Virus record (IMG/VR): IMGVR_UViG_3300020414_002214
Coordinates: 1-28,935 of that record
Direction: 5' to 3' (one strand)
From: a virus
Taxonomy: Duplodnaviria; Caudoviricetes
Length of the DNA: 28,935 bases
Notes under the pieces: generated by a model
What the model was told of the DNA's origin: nothing
Database searches by the model: none
The model's input: only the letters and a program-made list of their open reading frames with translations
Shown here: positions 1 through 9,120 of the stretch, one piece after another
Layout: every line of letters begins with the position of its first letter
Position numbering within the stretch: position 1 is the first letter of the stretch
Translations under genes and position numbers: made by a program

Positions 1-2108
1 GCATAGAGCTTGTTGACGAGGTGGTCATTAGCTGTCGGAGCTGCAGAAGCAGTAATGTTTCCACTGAATGAAGCAGTACCGTCAACACCGATAGTTGCAG
101 CACTACCACCGCCACCGCCAGTTGGGCTATCGGAAATCGTAACTGTGATGTTGTTACCAATACCACCTTTAACACCAACAAATCCAGAACCATTCTCAGT
201 GATTAAGACTGGATTGTCGAATGTCACCAAGACGAATTCATCGCTTTCTGCATACTCAAGGTGTGCACTCCATACCTTTTCGGGATTTGTGACCGTTCCG
301 CCGTCACCGGTAACCGTACCTGATCCGGATGTAGGATAATTTCCGTCAATATACATTGCGGAAAGTTTGGCAGTATCGTCAGTGCCTTTTTCAACCTTGA
401 CGGATACCAGATACTTAGTTTCGCCGGCAGGCTTTGCATAAACATTGCTAACAGTTGCCAAACCCGAACTGTGTGATCCGGTGATTGTGGCTGTGAATTC
501 TTCTCCAGCACCTGATCCAAGTTCAATAGCACCAGTCATGGTGCCGCCAGCCAAAGGCAGGAGGAGAGCATCACCGGCAATACGAGCAGCAGTCTCAGCA
601 TCAAGCAGAGTCTGAGTTGTGGGATCAGCTTCCAGAGTGTCTAAACGACCAGACAGTGCTGAGTCTGCAGAGGTACGAGCATTTGTTTCAGCTGTATCAG
701 CTGCAGTGCGAGCCGCAGTTTCTGCATCAAGCAGTGTTTGTGTTGTCGGATCTGCTTCCAGAGTGTCCAAACGGTTAGACAGTGCTGTATCCGCAGATGC
801 ACGTGCACTAGCTTCAGCTGCCAAATCAGTAGCTGTAGTGGGATCAGCTTCGAGAGCATCCAAACGACCAGACAGTGCTGTGTCCGCATTTGTCCGAGCA
901 GTTGTTTCAGCGCCGATCTGACCTGTAATCGTAGCGGCGAAGTTTTCGTCATCACCGATTGCATCACCGAGTTCTGCCAATGTATTGAGCAGTTCGGGTG
1001 CACCATTGGTCAGTGCTTCAATAGCAGCTGCGTTGGTAGCAATACCTGAAAGATCAACACCAGCGACCAAGTTGTCAGCGTACTGTTTGTTGACCAGGTG
1101 TCCAGCATTAGTAGGAGCTGTAGAAGCAGTGATGTTGCCAGTAACGGTGCCACCAGCCAGGTCAAGTTTCAGAGCATCAGCGGCAATACGAGCAGCTGTT
1201 TCAGCAGCAATCGCATCAGCATTAGTAGCAATGCCAGAAAGGTCTACACCGGCTACCAGGCTGTCAGCGTAAAGCTTGTTAACCAGGTGCTCATCAGAAG
1301 TAGGAACTGCAGATGCAGAGACCAGACCACCAAATGTAGCTGTACCATCAACGCCGAGGGTCGAAGCACTACCGCCGCCAGCACTACCATGTACTACCGG
1401 GGTGTTGTAGTCAAAACCCGATTGAGTGTAAGAGGTAAAGCTCTCTGTGGAATTAAGGGTAATTTGAACAATGTTATTGGCGCCATACCCAAACGCCCAC
1501 CATCGCTTACCAGGAGTGAATGCATTACCTTGCCTCAAGGTGTTTTCATCGATGGATACTCCATCAATAGATCCTGGGAAATTTCCCCATGTACCGGCTA
1601 CATGATCACTACCCGGGGCAGAAGGATCATCGGAGGCAAAGAATTGACCGGGGGTCCCCGTCGTAGTCAACGAAACTGTGATGTTTTCGTAGTTAGGACC
1701 GAAGTCAACAACAGATTTAATTGGAAGTGTCGCTGATGCTGGACCGCCGCCACCGGAACCAAGTTCAATGTCACCAGTCATGGTGCCGCCCGCTAAGGGC
1801 AGCGCCAATGCATCGGCAGCTTGCCGTGCAGCGGTTTCAACTGCAATAGCAGCTGCAACATCGGTTGCTGTTGTGGGATCAGCTTCAAGTACATCTAAAC
1901 GGTTACTAAGAGCCGTGTCTCCAGATGTACGATCCGAGATCTCTTGTGCCAGCCCATCGGCTGACGCTGTGCCGTTAAGAAAATTCTGAACAGTGATTCG
2001 CTTGGAGGCATAAGACGCACCACTGTCAGAAGTATCGGCTATATACAGCAGGTCGTCATCCCCTGCCGAAGTCAACGCATTAAGCGTTGAAACTTTTTTG
2101 GAAGCCAT
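1..2108 (-). CDS. Tail fibre protein, 3'-truncated by the window edge and missing from the ORF track
   Basis: ATG at 2108 (MASKKVSTLNALTSAGDDDLLYIADTS...). I found no stop in this frame down to base 3. It has the classic fibre motifs LPLAGGTMTG, HLVNKLYAD and APELLNTLAELGDAIGDDENFAATIT, plus repeats of E..AR..ADTALS.RLDTLEADPTT. Confidence 0.9.
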   Translation of the reverse strand, partial: MASKKVSTLNALTSAGDDDLLYIADTSDSGASYASKRITVQNFLNGTASADGLAQEISDRTSGDTALSNRLDVLEADPTTATDVAAAIAVETAARQAADALALPLAGGTMTGDIELGSGGGGPASATLPIKSVVDFGPNYENITVSLTTTGTPGQFFASDDPSAPGSDHVAGTWGNFPGSIDGVSIDENTLRQGNAFTPGKRWWAFGYGANNIVQITLNSTESFTSYTQSGFDYNTPVVHGSAGGGSASTLGVDGTATFGGLVSASAVPTSDEHLVNKLYADSLVAGVDLSGIATNADAIAAETAARIAADALKLDLAGGTVTGNITASTAPTNAGHLVNKQYADNLVAGVDLSGIATNAAAIEALTNGAPELLNTLAELGDAIGDDENFAATITGQIGAETTARTNADTALSGRLDALEADPTTATDLAAEASARASADTALSNRLDTLEADPTTQTLLDAETAARTAADTAETNARTSADSALSGRLDTLEADPTTQTLLDAETAARIAGDALLLPLAGGTMTGAIELGSGAGEEFTATITGSHSSGLATVSNVYAKPAGETKYLVSVKVEKGTDDTAKLSAMYIDGNYPTSGSGTVTGDGGTVTNPEKVWSAHLEYAESDEFVLVTFDNPVLITENGSGFVGVKGGIGNNITVTISDSPTGGGGGSAATIGVDGTASFSGNITASAAPTANDHLVNKLY
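600..900 (-). repeat. Degenerate coding repeats (ADxALSxRLDxLEADPTT) in the tail fibre
   Basis: Three copies near 620-660, 745-790 and 835-885, and a fourth near 1870-1915 (variants of 'ggatcagcttccagagtgtctaaacg'). Confidence 0.85.
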
Positions 2109-2109
2109 A

Positions 2110-2400
2110 TTACTCCAAGATTAGGAAATTATTTACAGAAGCAGATGTAAGCTCTGCCTTTAAATCAATTATATCGTTACGTAGGTTCTGAATCTCTAAT
2201 CTAAGTAATGTTATTTCTTCTGACTCTGTCAAACCTGGAGCCTCATCTACTCCTCCATCAGGATCATTTGGATCCGCAATCATCCAGACGCCATCTACAA
2301 ACTGCCAGACATCTCCTGTTATTGGGTTGGTTACTGTAGATTGAAGATTAGGGTCCGGAAAACTAAACGGCGCCATATTCCCTTGAGTCGATGTAGACAT
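2110..2400 (-). CDS. Small tail/fibre-associated virion protein
   Basis: 96 aa. FSFPDP...TGDVWQFVDGVW resembles the N-terminal module of marine phage fibres, followed by a C-terminal coiled coil. It abuts the fibre gene. Confidence 0.65.
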   Translation of the reverse strand: MSTSTQGNMAPFSFPDPNLQSTVTNPITGDVWQFVDGVWMIADPNDPDGGVDEAPGLTESEEITLLRLEIQNLRNDIIDLKAELTSASVNNFLILE

Positions 2401-2412
2401 TCTAATCGACTC

Positions 2413-4440
2413 TTATGAAAGTGCGTCCAGTAGATTTGTTTTTAAGGTATCATAATCGGTTGAAGTATTGACTGCGGTATGTAACGCAGATTTTAAATTT
2501 ACGTCTTCTACTCGATCTGGGAATATCCAGTATCCACTGTGCCTCACATTTAAACGTAGGTTATAGCTATCGAACCAGATATCACCATCAGTCAGTGATC
2601 CGTCATCTGTTGGAGCCGTGTCTCCATAGAAAACGTGAGGATCATGGGTATCTACTTGCAGCGCATTGACCGATGCTTGAATAGTATCAATCTGCGCTAG
2701 TTTTGTACGTACGTCAATTTGATTATTAAATTGAGGACCATCAGCATTAGATGCTAGATCACAAAGCACTAGATCTTTTGCATACGTTTTTTCTCCATTA
2801 ATGGCAAACACTCTTGTGCCATTTCGAATCCAGTTAAACGATTCATCAGACCCATATTCCCAGCTGTATTCCCACGGAGTAGTGGTCGTACCAAATGTGG
2901 CAAAGTGTGAGCCTGTAGGTGAATAGGTCCGGAACTTCAGAGCATCAAGTCCCATATTTGCAGCACCTGAATAATCGATACCAGCAATATCAGCATTTGA
3001 GTTAGTAATTGAAATGTGACTTACCGATCCACCTGTTTTAGATACCAAGTCGTTCCGAACTGCGTTTTCACGTTCGAGGACATATCCGCGAGTTGCTGCA
3101 TCTGTTGCAGTAGTCGGTGAAGCAACATTTTTAATACGATTATCTTGAACGTTAATAGCACCAAAAAGCTGTGCACCGTCAGCATCTAAATTGAGTGCAA
3201 GATCTGCATAGGTTGGCAGACCAGCCACATCTGTTTGCAGTTCACTGATATCACTTAGAACTGTTGCATAGTTTGCAATTGTAGTTTCAATGGCAGAAAT
3301 ATCACTTTCGAGTGCCGCTTTATCCGTACTTGTTAAGTAGTTAGTTTCGATCGCGGTAATGCGCTGTTCTGCAGCTGCAATGTCGATTGTGAGTCCGTTT
3401 GTATCCTCGTTAATGCTTACATTTCCTACACCACTGATGGTTACTCCAGTTGAAACATTAGCCTCGTCAACTATGTAGACGCCAGCTGTTGTGTTGCCAG
3501 TTGCTGCAGCAGTACCGATTGTATATGTGTGATGAGGCTGTGCCTGCAGAGCTGCAATGTCTGTATCATTACCACTTACAGCGGATTGCAGTGCTGCAAT
3601 ATCACTTTCAATAGATGATATTGAATTGCTAGCGGCAGTATCTGCATCTTGCAATGCTGTAATTACTGGATCAACAGCAATGTCTTGATCAGGACTGACC
3701 TGAAGCCAGTTATTGTTGTACCTTACATACAACACACTTTCGTCTGTTTTTAAGAAAAATGCTCCGTTAGTACCAGTGCTTGGCAACGTCGTGCCGTACT
3801 GCATTGGGTCAGCGGAAATGGTGGCCTCAAGATTTGCCTCTAATGCTTTGAGTGCTGTAATCAACCACTGGTTATAGTCTTCCTGCGTAACAGCTGTAGG
3901 ATCTGTAATTGTGCCGCTAAACCCAGTAAATGACGTTGTTGTCGGGGCTGACAGTATCAATGTAGACGTATCAACACCAGTGACTTCAGTGATCTGAGTC
4001 CAATTCGAACCGTCGTAGATATATAAAGCGCCGGTCGTATTGTTGTACCAAAGCTGACCAGTCACCTGTTGAGATGGTGGAGCACTACCTACTGCTGGCA
4101 CACCGTCAGCACCATTTGCTTGGTAAAAGCCGTCATCTTCCCATACAAACAGGCGTCCTACTCGTTGGTCAAACCACAGTGTTCCATTTGCAGGTACGGG
4201 ATTCCAAGCACCGCCTGTGATGTTTCCATCTTCGTCTGTTTCAATTTCCCATCCAGGTGGAAATTCGCCTGATGTTGCATTACCCCATTTCTTCAGGTCA
4301 AGGACAGCTCTAATGATGCCCTGATAGCTGGCATCATAATTACGCCGTAGTTCACCATTTTGAATTCGAATCAAGTTGAATGCATCAATAATGCCTTGAT
4401 ATCCGCTGGCAGTTTGGTTACTACTAGATGAAACAGTCAC
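2413..4440 (-). CDS. Tail fibre / tail structural protein
   Basis: 675 aa, GTG start. Repeated G.(L/I)W(F/Y)(D/N)....L.(V/I)....W modules, coiled coils, and RIKNVASPTTATDAATRGYV (trimeric neck/stalk-like motif). Confidence 0.8.
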   Translation of the reverse strand: MTVSSSSNQTASGYQGIIDAFNLIRIQNGELRRNYDASYQGIIRAVLDLKKWGNATSGEFPPGWEIETDEDGNITGGAWNPVPANGTLWFDQRVGRLFVWEDDGFYQANGADGVPAVGSAPPSQQVTGQLWYNNTTGALYIYDGSNWTQITEVTGVDTSTLILSAPTTTSFTGFSGTITDPTAVTQEDYNQWLITALKALEANLEATISADPMQYGTTLPSTGTNGAFFLKTDESVLYVRYNNNWLQVSPDQDIAVDPVITALQDADTAASNSISSIESDIAALQSAVSGNDTDIAALQAQPHHTYTIGTAAATGNTTAGVYIVDEANVSTGVTISGVGNVSINEDTNGLTIDIAAAEQRITAIETNYLTSTDKAALESDISAIETTIANYATVLSDISELQTDVAGLPTYADLALNLDADGAQLFGAINVQDNRIKNVASPTTATDAATRGYVLERENAVRNDLVSKTGGSVSHISITNSNADIAGIDYSGAANMGLDALKFRTYSPTGSHFATFGTTTTPWEYSWEYGSDESFNWIRNGTRVFAINGEKTYAKDLVLCDLASNADGPQFNNQIDVRTKLAQIDTIQASVNALQVDTHDPHVFYGDTAPTDDGSLTDGDIWFDSYNLRLNVRHSGYWIFPDRVEDVNLKSALHTAVNTSTDYDTLKTNLLDALS

Positions 4441-4478
4441 AACACCGCATTCTACATTACTTCTTTTATTGTATTCAA

Positions 4479-6248
4479 TTAGAACCTACTAGTTAACAGG
4501 ACATATCCAAGCTCTACATCATCAAGATTAAGAGCTTCTGCCAGTGCATATATCACCTCGACAGTTGTAATTTCAGAACGCTTTAACTGTGCATTAAATT
4601 CATCAGCTACTTCATTGATGTCTTTGGCAAGTCTTGTTTCAAATTCTTCTCTTGCATCAAAAGCAGGGAATGTGTTCGGTTCCTGTACTCGTGTTTTATT
4701 GATGAACATTGATGCAATCGTGTGCTTACACAACTTGAATCCCTTTCGATACGACATTGTTGCCCAGGTCTGTGCAATACCAGCAGCTCTTGCTATACCT
4801 GCAATGTCATAGTCATTCGCACCTTTTGCTGTTGGCATAGGTAGTCGCTCTTGTCTGTTACTCAATCCACCAACTTCGTTATATACTTCAGGACTTCTGA
4901 TGATTGCGTGCAAATAATCAGGGCAGCTGCAGGTGTAAAGATCAGAAAATGTCAGCGCAGTGCCACTCGTAAATATTTCGTCCTGCCACGGGTCAATATC
5001 TGTATCTAGCTTTGTCCACTCTTTATCTCCAGGTAAACCTTGTTGATGATTGTAGTTTCCATCGCTATCATAATCTGGATACTGTTTTGTAAAACTGTTG
5101 TCTGAAAAGACAATATACCGCTCTGAAGCTTTTGGGCTAAACAATCGAATTGAAGATTGAAACGGCACAGAATCAATTTGTAGCTTGTTGTTGGTCTCAT
5201 CAACCAATATTGACTGAATAATCCAAGGTTGAATTGCATATGAAAGCCTATCAACGTTCTGTTTCATCAAATCAGCTGTTAAATACTGCTGACCCCAGAA
5301 CCTCTGATAAATGTCTTTTTTGAAGACAAATGCTCCATTTAATCTGCCAGTCGTATTGGTTGTCTCGAATATTGGTGTAAGGTCACTTACATCTCCTAAA
5401 GTAGGTGGCAGATTTGATTTATTATCCAGGATGACAACTCTTGTATTAGCAACTAAATCAGCTACTTCTACATTCATGTATTCAGCTTCATCCGTAAATA
5501 CGTCGAATACACTAGTTGCTCTTTCAATTAGAAAGTCAGGCATATAGACAGCCTGTCCTACAAGTGAAAGTAAATTGCCACTATTTTGCTGAATGTAATC
5601 TGATGCTTTAACTCCATCCAGCGGTACTCGAATAGTAACTGTCGATCCAGTAGCTGGACTTTTTCCCATATAAACGGCTGGACGTTTCTCGTCAGTCAGT
5701 ATCCAGGATATATTGGCAGAGGTTACTCCATCTGTAATTCGTTCCCCGGTTGATCGGAGCAACATATCGTCTGATGTAAGCGTTTTTGTTGCAATTACTT
5801 TTGCGAATATCTCTCTGTTTTTATATTGTTCCGGGTATGCAGTCGTGTTTGTCTCTAGCTCAGTAATAAAACCAAGCTGTCTGTTTTGATCAATTGTTCT
5901 ATGAATGCAGTAATGTGTTCTGCTATCAGAATTTTTAGTAGCAAACCTATATCCGTCAAATGTGACAGGTATTTCGTAGTCTGTTCCTTGATACAAGATT
6001 GCGTCAGTTTTATTGAAATCTAAGTATGCACCTTGGAAATAATATTCCAATCCCTTACGCCACTTTTGCCAAGTGCTATCAACATTGAACTGTTCAATAG
6101 CCGACCGCTGTACGGTCGAACCAAAACGACGCTCAGACGGATATCGCCCAAGCGCCTTTGAACCTTTGCCTCTATTGACCGACTTACTAATACCGTTGAA
6201 GCCGGAGACGCCAAAGTTGCCGTATCCGTTCTTCTTTCTAGGCATCAA
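4479..6248 (-). CDS. Large protein with a C-terminal SWIM-like Zn finger
   Basis: 589 aa. YTCSCPDY...(long spacer)...CKH gives a CxC-xn-CxH pattern. Basic N-terminus. ATGA overlap with the upstream gene. Confidence 0.65.
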   Translation of the reverse strand: MMPRKKNGYGNFGVSGFNGISKSVNRGKGSKALGRYPSERRFGSTVQRSAIEQFNVDSTWQKWRKGLEYYFQGAYLDFNKTDAILYQGTDYEIPVTFDGYRFATKNSDSRTHYCIHRTIDQNRQLGFITELETNTTAYPEQYKNREIFAKVIATKTLTSDDMLLRSTGERITDGVTSANISWILTDEKRPAVYMGKSPATGSTVTIRVPLDGVKASDYIQQNSGNLLSLVGQAVYMPDFLIERATSVFDVFTDEAEYMNVEVADLVANTRVVILDNKSNLPPTLGDVSDLTPIFETTNTTGRLNGAFVFKKDIYQRFWGQQYLTADLMKQNVDRLSYAIQPWIIQSILVDETNNKLQIDSVPFQSSIRLFSPKASERYIVFSDNSFTKQYPDYDSDGNYNHQQGLPGDKEWTKLDTDIDPWQDEIFTSGTALTFSDLYTCSCPDYLHAIIRSPEVYNEVGGLSNRQERLPMPTAKGANDYDIAGIARAAGIAQTWATMSYRKGFKLCKHTIASMFINKTRVQEPNTFPAFDAREEFETRLAKDINEVADEFNAQLKRSEITTVEVIYALAEALNLDDVELGYVLLTSRF

Positions 6249-6730
6249 TAGAACCCGCCTTGAGCTCCAATGATGGGGGTGTCGCTTGTGCTGTTAGGAC
6301 CTGAGAGCTGGAGTGTGCACCACAGAGCTTTACCTTTAGGTACATACAACGCTTTACTTTGTGCACTAGTACCTACGTGTGGAACAGGTGCAAGGATGCT
6401 GAACAAATCAGCTGAAACTTTTACGCCAGCTGTTGTGTCTGTATCCAGCTGCCCAACATAGACACCTTCACCAGGTCGCAGGTAATCCAACGAACTGCTT
6501 AGATAAAACAAGACCTTATAAGTGGCGCTTGCCCCTGTACGTGAAATGGCGTAGAGGTCTTCAACGATGCCACCATCATTAGATGTGCAGTCAACCAGCA
6601 CAGAAGACTGGTTAGTTCCCAGAATATCAAGGGAGCTATCAGAACCAGACGTCAAGGTATTACCTTCGACAGCGCTGTGAAATACACGGTCGATAAGCAG
6701 AGGTTGCTTATTAGTTGCGGTTGTTGCCAT
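6245..6730 (-). CDS. Putative virion structural protein
   Basis: 161 aa, beta-rich, translationally coupled on both sides (TAATG, ATGA). Confidence 0.6.
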   Translation of the reverse strand: MATTATNKQPLLIDRVFHSAVEGNTLTSGSDSSLDILGTNQSSVLVDCTSNDGGIVEDLYAISRTGASATYKVLFYLSSSLDYLRPGEGVYVGQLDTDTTAGVKVSADLFSILAPVPHVGTSAQSKALYVPKGKALWCTLQLSGPNSTSDTPIIGAQGGFY

Positions 6731-7290
6731 TACTTCTTACCTTTCTTTTGAATTTTCTGAGGAGTAGATCCAGGAATCATTTCTCCGCCAACAACTTGCT
6801 GCATAGTTGGCATTGCGCCAAGAGGCGAGCTAGTGCCAGGCATAGTGGGATCCATAGCACCAGGCATAAGTGCAGCACTGCCAGTGACTCCCATAAAGGG
6901 GTTTGCTGTCAGGCCTTTTGCTGCTGCTTCACCGCCCAAACGCATCCCTTCCATCGGTTCTTGTGCGTTGCCGCTGGGCTGTTGCTGCATTCCAAAAGGT
7001 GCTCCAGCATTCTGGCCTCGACCCATTGGCATATTTTGAGGGAGATTTGAACGATTGACCATTGCTGGATTCAATACATCCGCACCCATCTGTGCATATT
7101 GATTTCCTGTGTCACCGTATGGATGCTGACTTACACCGTTTGGGCTAGCTGACTGCTGACCAAAACTCGTGACATTCATTGGGTTGTTTTGCTGGTTCGG
7201 CGGTCCACCTGGCATCACAGAGTTTTGTTGTGCAATCTTGAACCGATTAGGGTCCAACATCATTGCATTTTGCTTTTTATCGTTAGCCAT
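6730..7290 (-). CDS. Low-complexity Q/N/M/P/G-rich protein
   Basis: 186 aa ORF with a basic C-terminus (KIQKKGKK) and tight gene packing. Confidence 0.7.
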   Translation of the reverse strand: MANDKKQNAMMLDPNRFKIAQQNSVMPGGPPNQQNNPMNVTSFGQQSASPNGVSQHPYGDTGNQYAQMGADVLNPAMVNRSNLPQNMPMGRGQNAGAPFGMQQQPSGNAQEPMEGMRLGGEAAAKGLTANPFMGVTGSAALMPGAMDPTMPGTSSPLGAMPTMQQVVGGEMIPGSTPQKIQKKGKK

Positions 7291-7292
7291 TG

Positions 7293-7637
7293 TCAGATGC
7301 TCCCTGTATTTGCGCGATCGTTCAAGCTATAGCCAGCGTTGCTAGCGGCTTGAGTGTACATAGCAAGACGCCTGTCCAATGCTTCCGTCTGAAACTGATC
7401 AGGATTTTCTTGAGCTTGTTGAGTCATTGAAGTGCCTAATGCAGCATCAGCAGTCTTATTTACAGCAGGCTCTGTCGGAGCATTCTGCACATTGCTAGTT
7501 TGAGCTGAGGCTTGTACTCCCATCACGTTTGGATTGCCATCGCTTTGAGCTGTGGCTTGGCGAAGGCGCTCTTGATAGTCACGCTCTTTGCTATCCATAG
7601 TGATTTTAGGTGCACCGTGAGAGGTAACGTGATGCAT
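7293..7637 (-). CDS. Hypothetical Q/A-rich protein
   Basis: 114 aa ORF with a TAGAAT box upstream. Confidence 0.65.
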   Translation of the reverse strand: MHHVTSHGAPKITMDSKERDYQERLRQATAQSDGNPNVMGVQASAQTSNVQNAPTEPAVNKTADAALGTSMTQQAQENPDQFQTEALDRRLAMYTQAASNAGYSLNDRANTGSI

Positions 7638-7672
7638 AACTATGAATGATGTTTCCTAAAACTATTCTACAG

Positions 7673-8170
7673 TTATCGCCATTCTTGACTGAGCGTAATT
7701 CTTGAACCAACTGCTGTATCTGCTGGTCCAGGAACTGCCATAATAAATTCAGAACCAGATCTATCAAATGCATATCGACGAACTTCTGGACGACGATAAT
7801 TCGCAACATATAAAGTTTCGGCTAATCGGTCACATTCACGAAGATAAATCTCACGGAAATATTCGTCGCCTTTTAGCGGATCAGATTGTGAAATCGTCCG
7901 TTGCACGTCTCCTGAAATTACTTCCTGACGTGAAAAGTTAACGATACCTGATCCACCAGTTTCATTGATGTCGTCTGGGAAATATGCAGAGACTGTCCAT
8001 GCGTTATCGCAACGTTTGATGTGATAGACGATCTGACTTTGCCACAGTTCATCAGGCACCAGTGACATTGCTTCTTCTAGGCGTGCTCTATCACCAGCGG
8101 GCATTTGTGCTCCACTGTTGTAACCCAGGTGGAATCTAATTTTAGATTTGAGATAATCGTCTAGTTCCAT
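7673..8170 (-). CDS. Putative head-tail adaptor / head completion protein
   Basis: 165 aa helical protein downstream of the capsid genes. The N-terminal KIRFHLGY resembles the first helix of adaptors. Function is inferred from position. Confidence 0.45.
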   Translation of the reverse strand: MELDDYLKSKIRFHLGYNSGAQMPAGDRARLEEAMSLVPDELWQSQIVYHIKRCDNAWTVSAYFPDDINETGGSGIVNFSRQEVISGDVQRTISQSDPLKGDEYFREIYLRECDRLAETLYVANYRRPEVRRYAFDRSGSEFIMAVPGPADTAVGSRITLSQEWR

Positions 8171-8583
8171 TACATAAATTGCGATGGGCTGTTATACATT
8201 TCTCCAAGCAATTTACCCAGCTGCATTTGATCCATTTCATCCAGCTGACCGCCTTGAGCCTGAATCTTTCCTAGCAGCTGCCCTGCATCAGAGTCTTTTT
8301 TCATTAGTGCTGCCATTCCTGCACCAAGGCCGCCACCAAGAATTAGTCCCGTTAAGCCACCTGCCATTCTGAAACCAGGCTTTAGGCTACGAGCAATTGT
8401 TTTGGCTTGAGTTCCTTTTAATTTATTAAGAGCGTTCCCAAGTTTGTGGGGAACAGTACCACCAAGAGCGCCCAATGAAGCACCACCAATGCCACCAACC
8501 ATTCCTGCTTGGCTCAGCGAATCCTGAAATTCTTGCTCGTCTTTAACTGCTTTGAATAGAAGCAGCTCTTCCGGTGACAGCAT
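8170..8583 (-). CDS. Glycine-zipper protein (candidate membrane-inserting virion protein)
   Basis: Hydrophobic GxxxG segments GMVGGIGGASLGALGG and GGLTGLILGGGLGAGMAA. Confidence 0.65.
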   Translation of the reverse strand: MLSPEELLLFKAVKDEQEFQDSLSQAGMVGGIGGASLGALGGTVPHKLGNALNKLKGTQAKTIARSLKPGFRMAGGLTGLILGGGLGAGMAALMKKDSDAGQLLGKIQAQGGQLDEMDQMQLGKLLGEMYNSPSQFM

Positions 8584-8611
8584 CTATCTTTCTAGTAACA
8601 CTATGTCTAGT

Positions 8612-9043
8612 TTAACTAATGAAGATAAGGTCTTCTTCAATAAGCTGTTCCCAGTTGACACGGGGAATGTTTTCAAGTTGCTTGAGATTTGCAAACCGCT
8701 CACCGGACAGGGACATACGAAGTTCAACAATACGTTTTGCAGTTGCATATCCAACACCAGGCAACCGCTTAGCGATCTGTTCGGCAGGTGCAGTATTCAA
8801 ATTCAACCTTGTATCTTCAACAGGAACCACACTTTCAGGAAGCTTTTCCTCAGGCTCAGGAGCCACTTGAGGAGCTGTAACTTTACTAAGACGACCTTTT
8901 TCTTTGTCGTAGGGCACAAGTGATTCAATATTCACGTAGGTAATGTTTCCACCAGCATCACGCACCATTGCATATTCTTTGTCGTGCTTATTGATAAACT
9001 CAACCAGTTTCCCTGTGTTTTTATCTTGGAATAAATTACTCAT
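8612..9043 (-). CDS. Helix-hairpin-helix (ComEA-like) DNA-binding protein
   Basis: RLNLNTAPAEQIAKRLPGVGYATAKRIVELR...FANLKQLENIP matches the ComEA-type HhH pattern. Confidence 0.85.
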   Translation of the reverse strand: MSNLFQDKNTGKLVEFINKHDKEYAMVRDAGGNITYVNIESLVPYDKEKGRLSKVTAPQVAPEPEEKLPESVVPVEDTRLNLNTAPAEQIAKRLPGVGYATAKRIVELRMSLSGERFANLKQLENIPRVNWEQLIEEDLIFIS

Positions 9044-9077
9044 GTCTATGTTGACTACACTACCCCAGTATAGCCAT

Positions 9078-9102
9078 AAAAAAAGACCCCCAAATGGGGG
9101 CC
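9078..9102 (-). terminator. Rho-independent terminator after the capsid operon
   Basis: Minus strand reads GGCCCCC-ATTT-GGGGGTC followed by TTTTTTT, 18 nt after the stop of 9121..9693. Confidence 0.9.
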
Positions 9103-9120
9103 TTGATTAACTACTTAAGA

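Noticed and set aside
570-590. RIAGD in the tail fibre as another RxAG tag
   Set aside because: It is part of the generic E..ARIA(A/G)D fibre coiled-coil repeat, so it was not counted.
600-900. Possible CRISPR-like repeat array
   Set aside because: The repeats are in frame, vary at synonymous positions and encode fibre repeats. There are no unique spacers or cas genes.
10-1989. Several short ORFs over the first 2 kb
   Set aside because: Antisense or off-frame shadows of the single minus-strand tail-fibre gene starting at 2108.
8612-9043. PsbU photosystem auxiliary gene
   Set aside because: PsbU shares the HhH fold, but this protein has no signal peptide and fits the ComEA pattern (LNLNTA, LPGVG) better.
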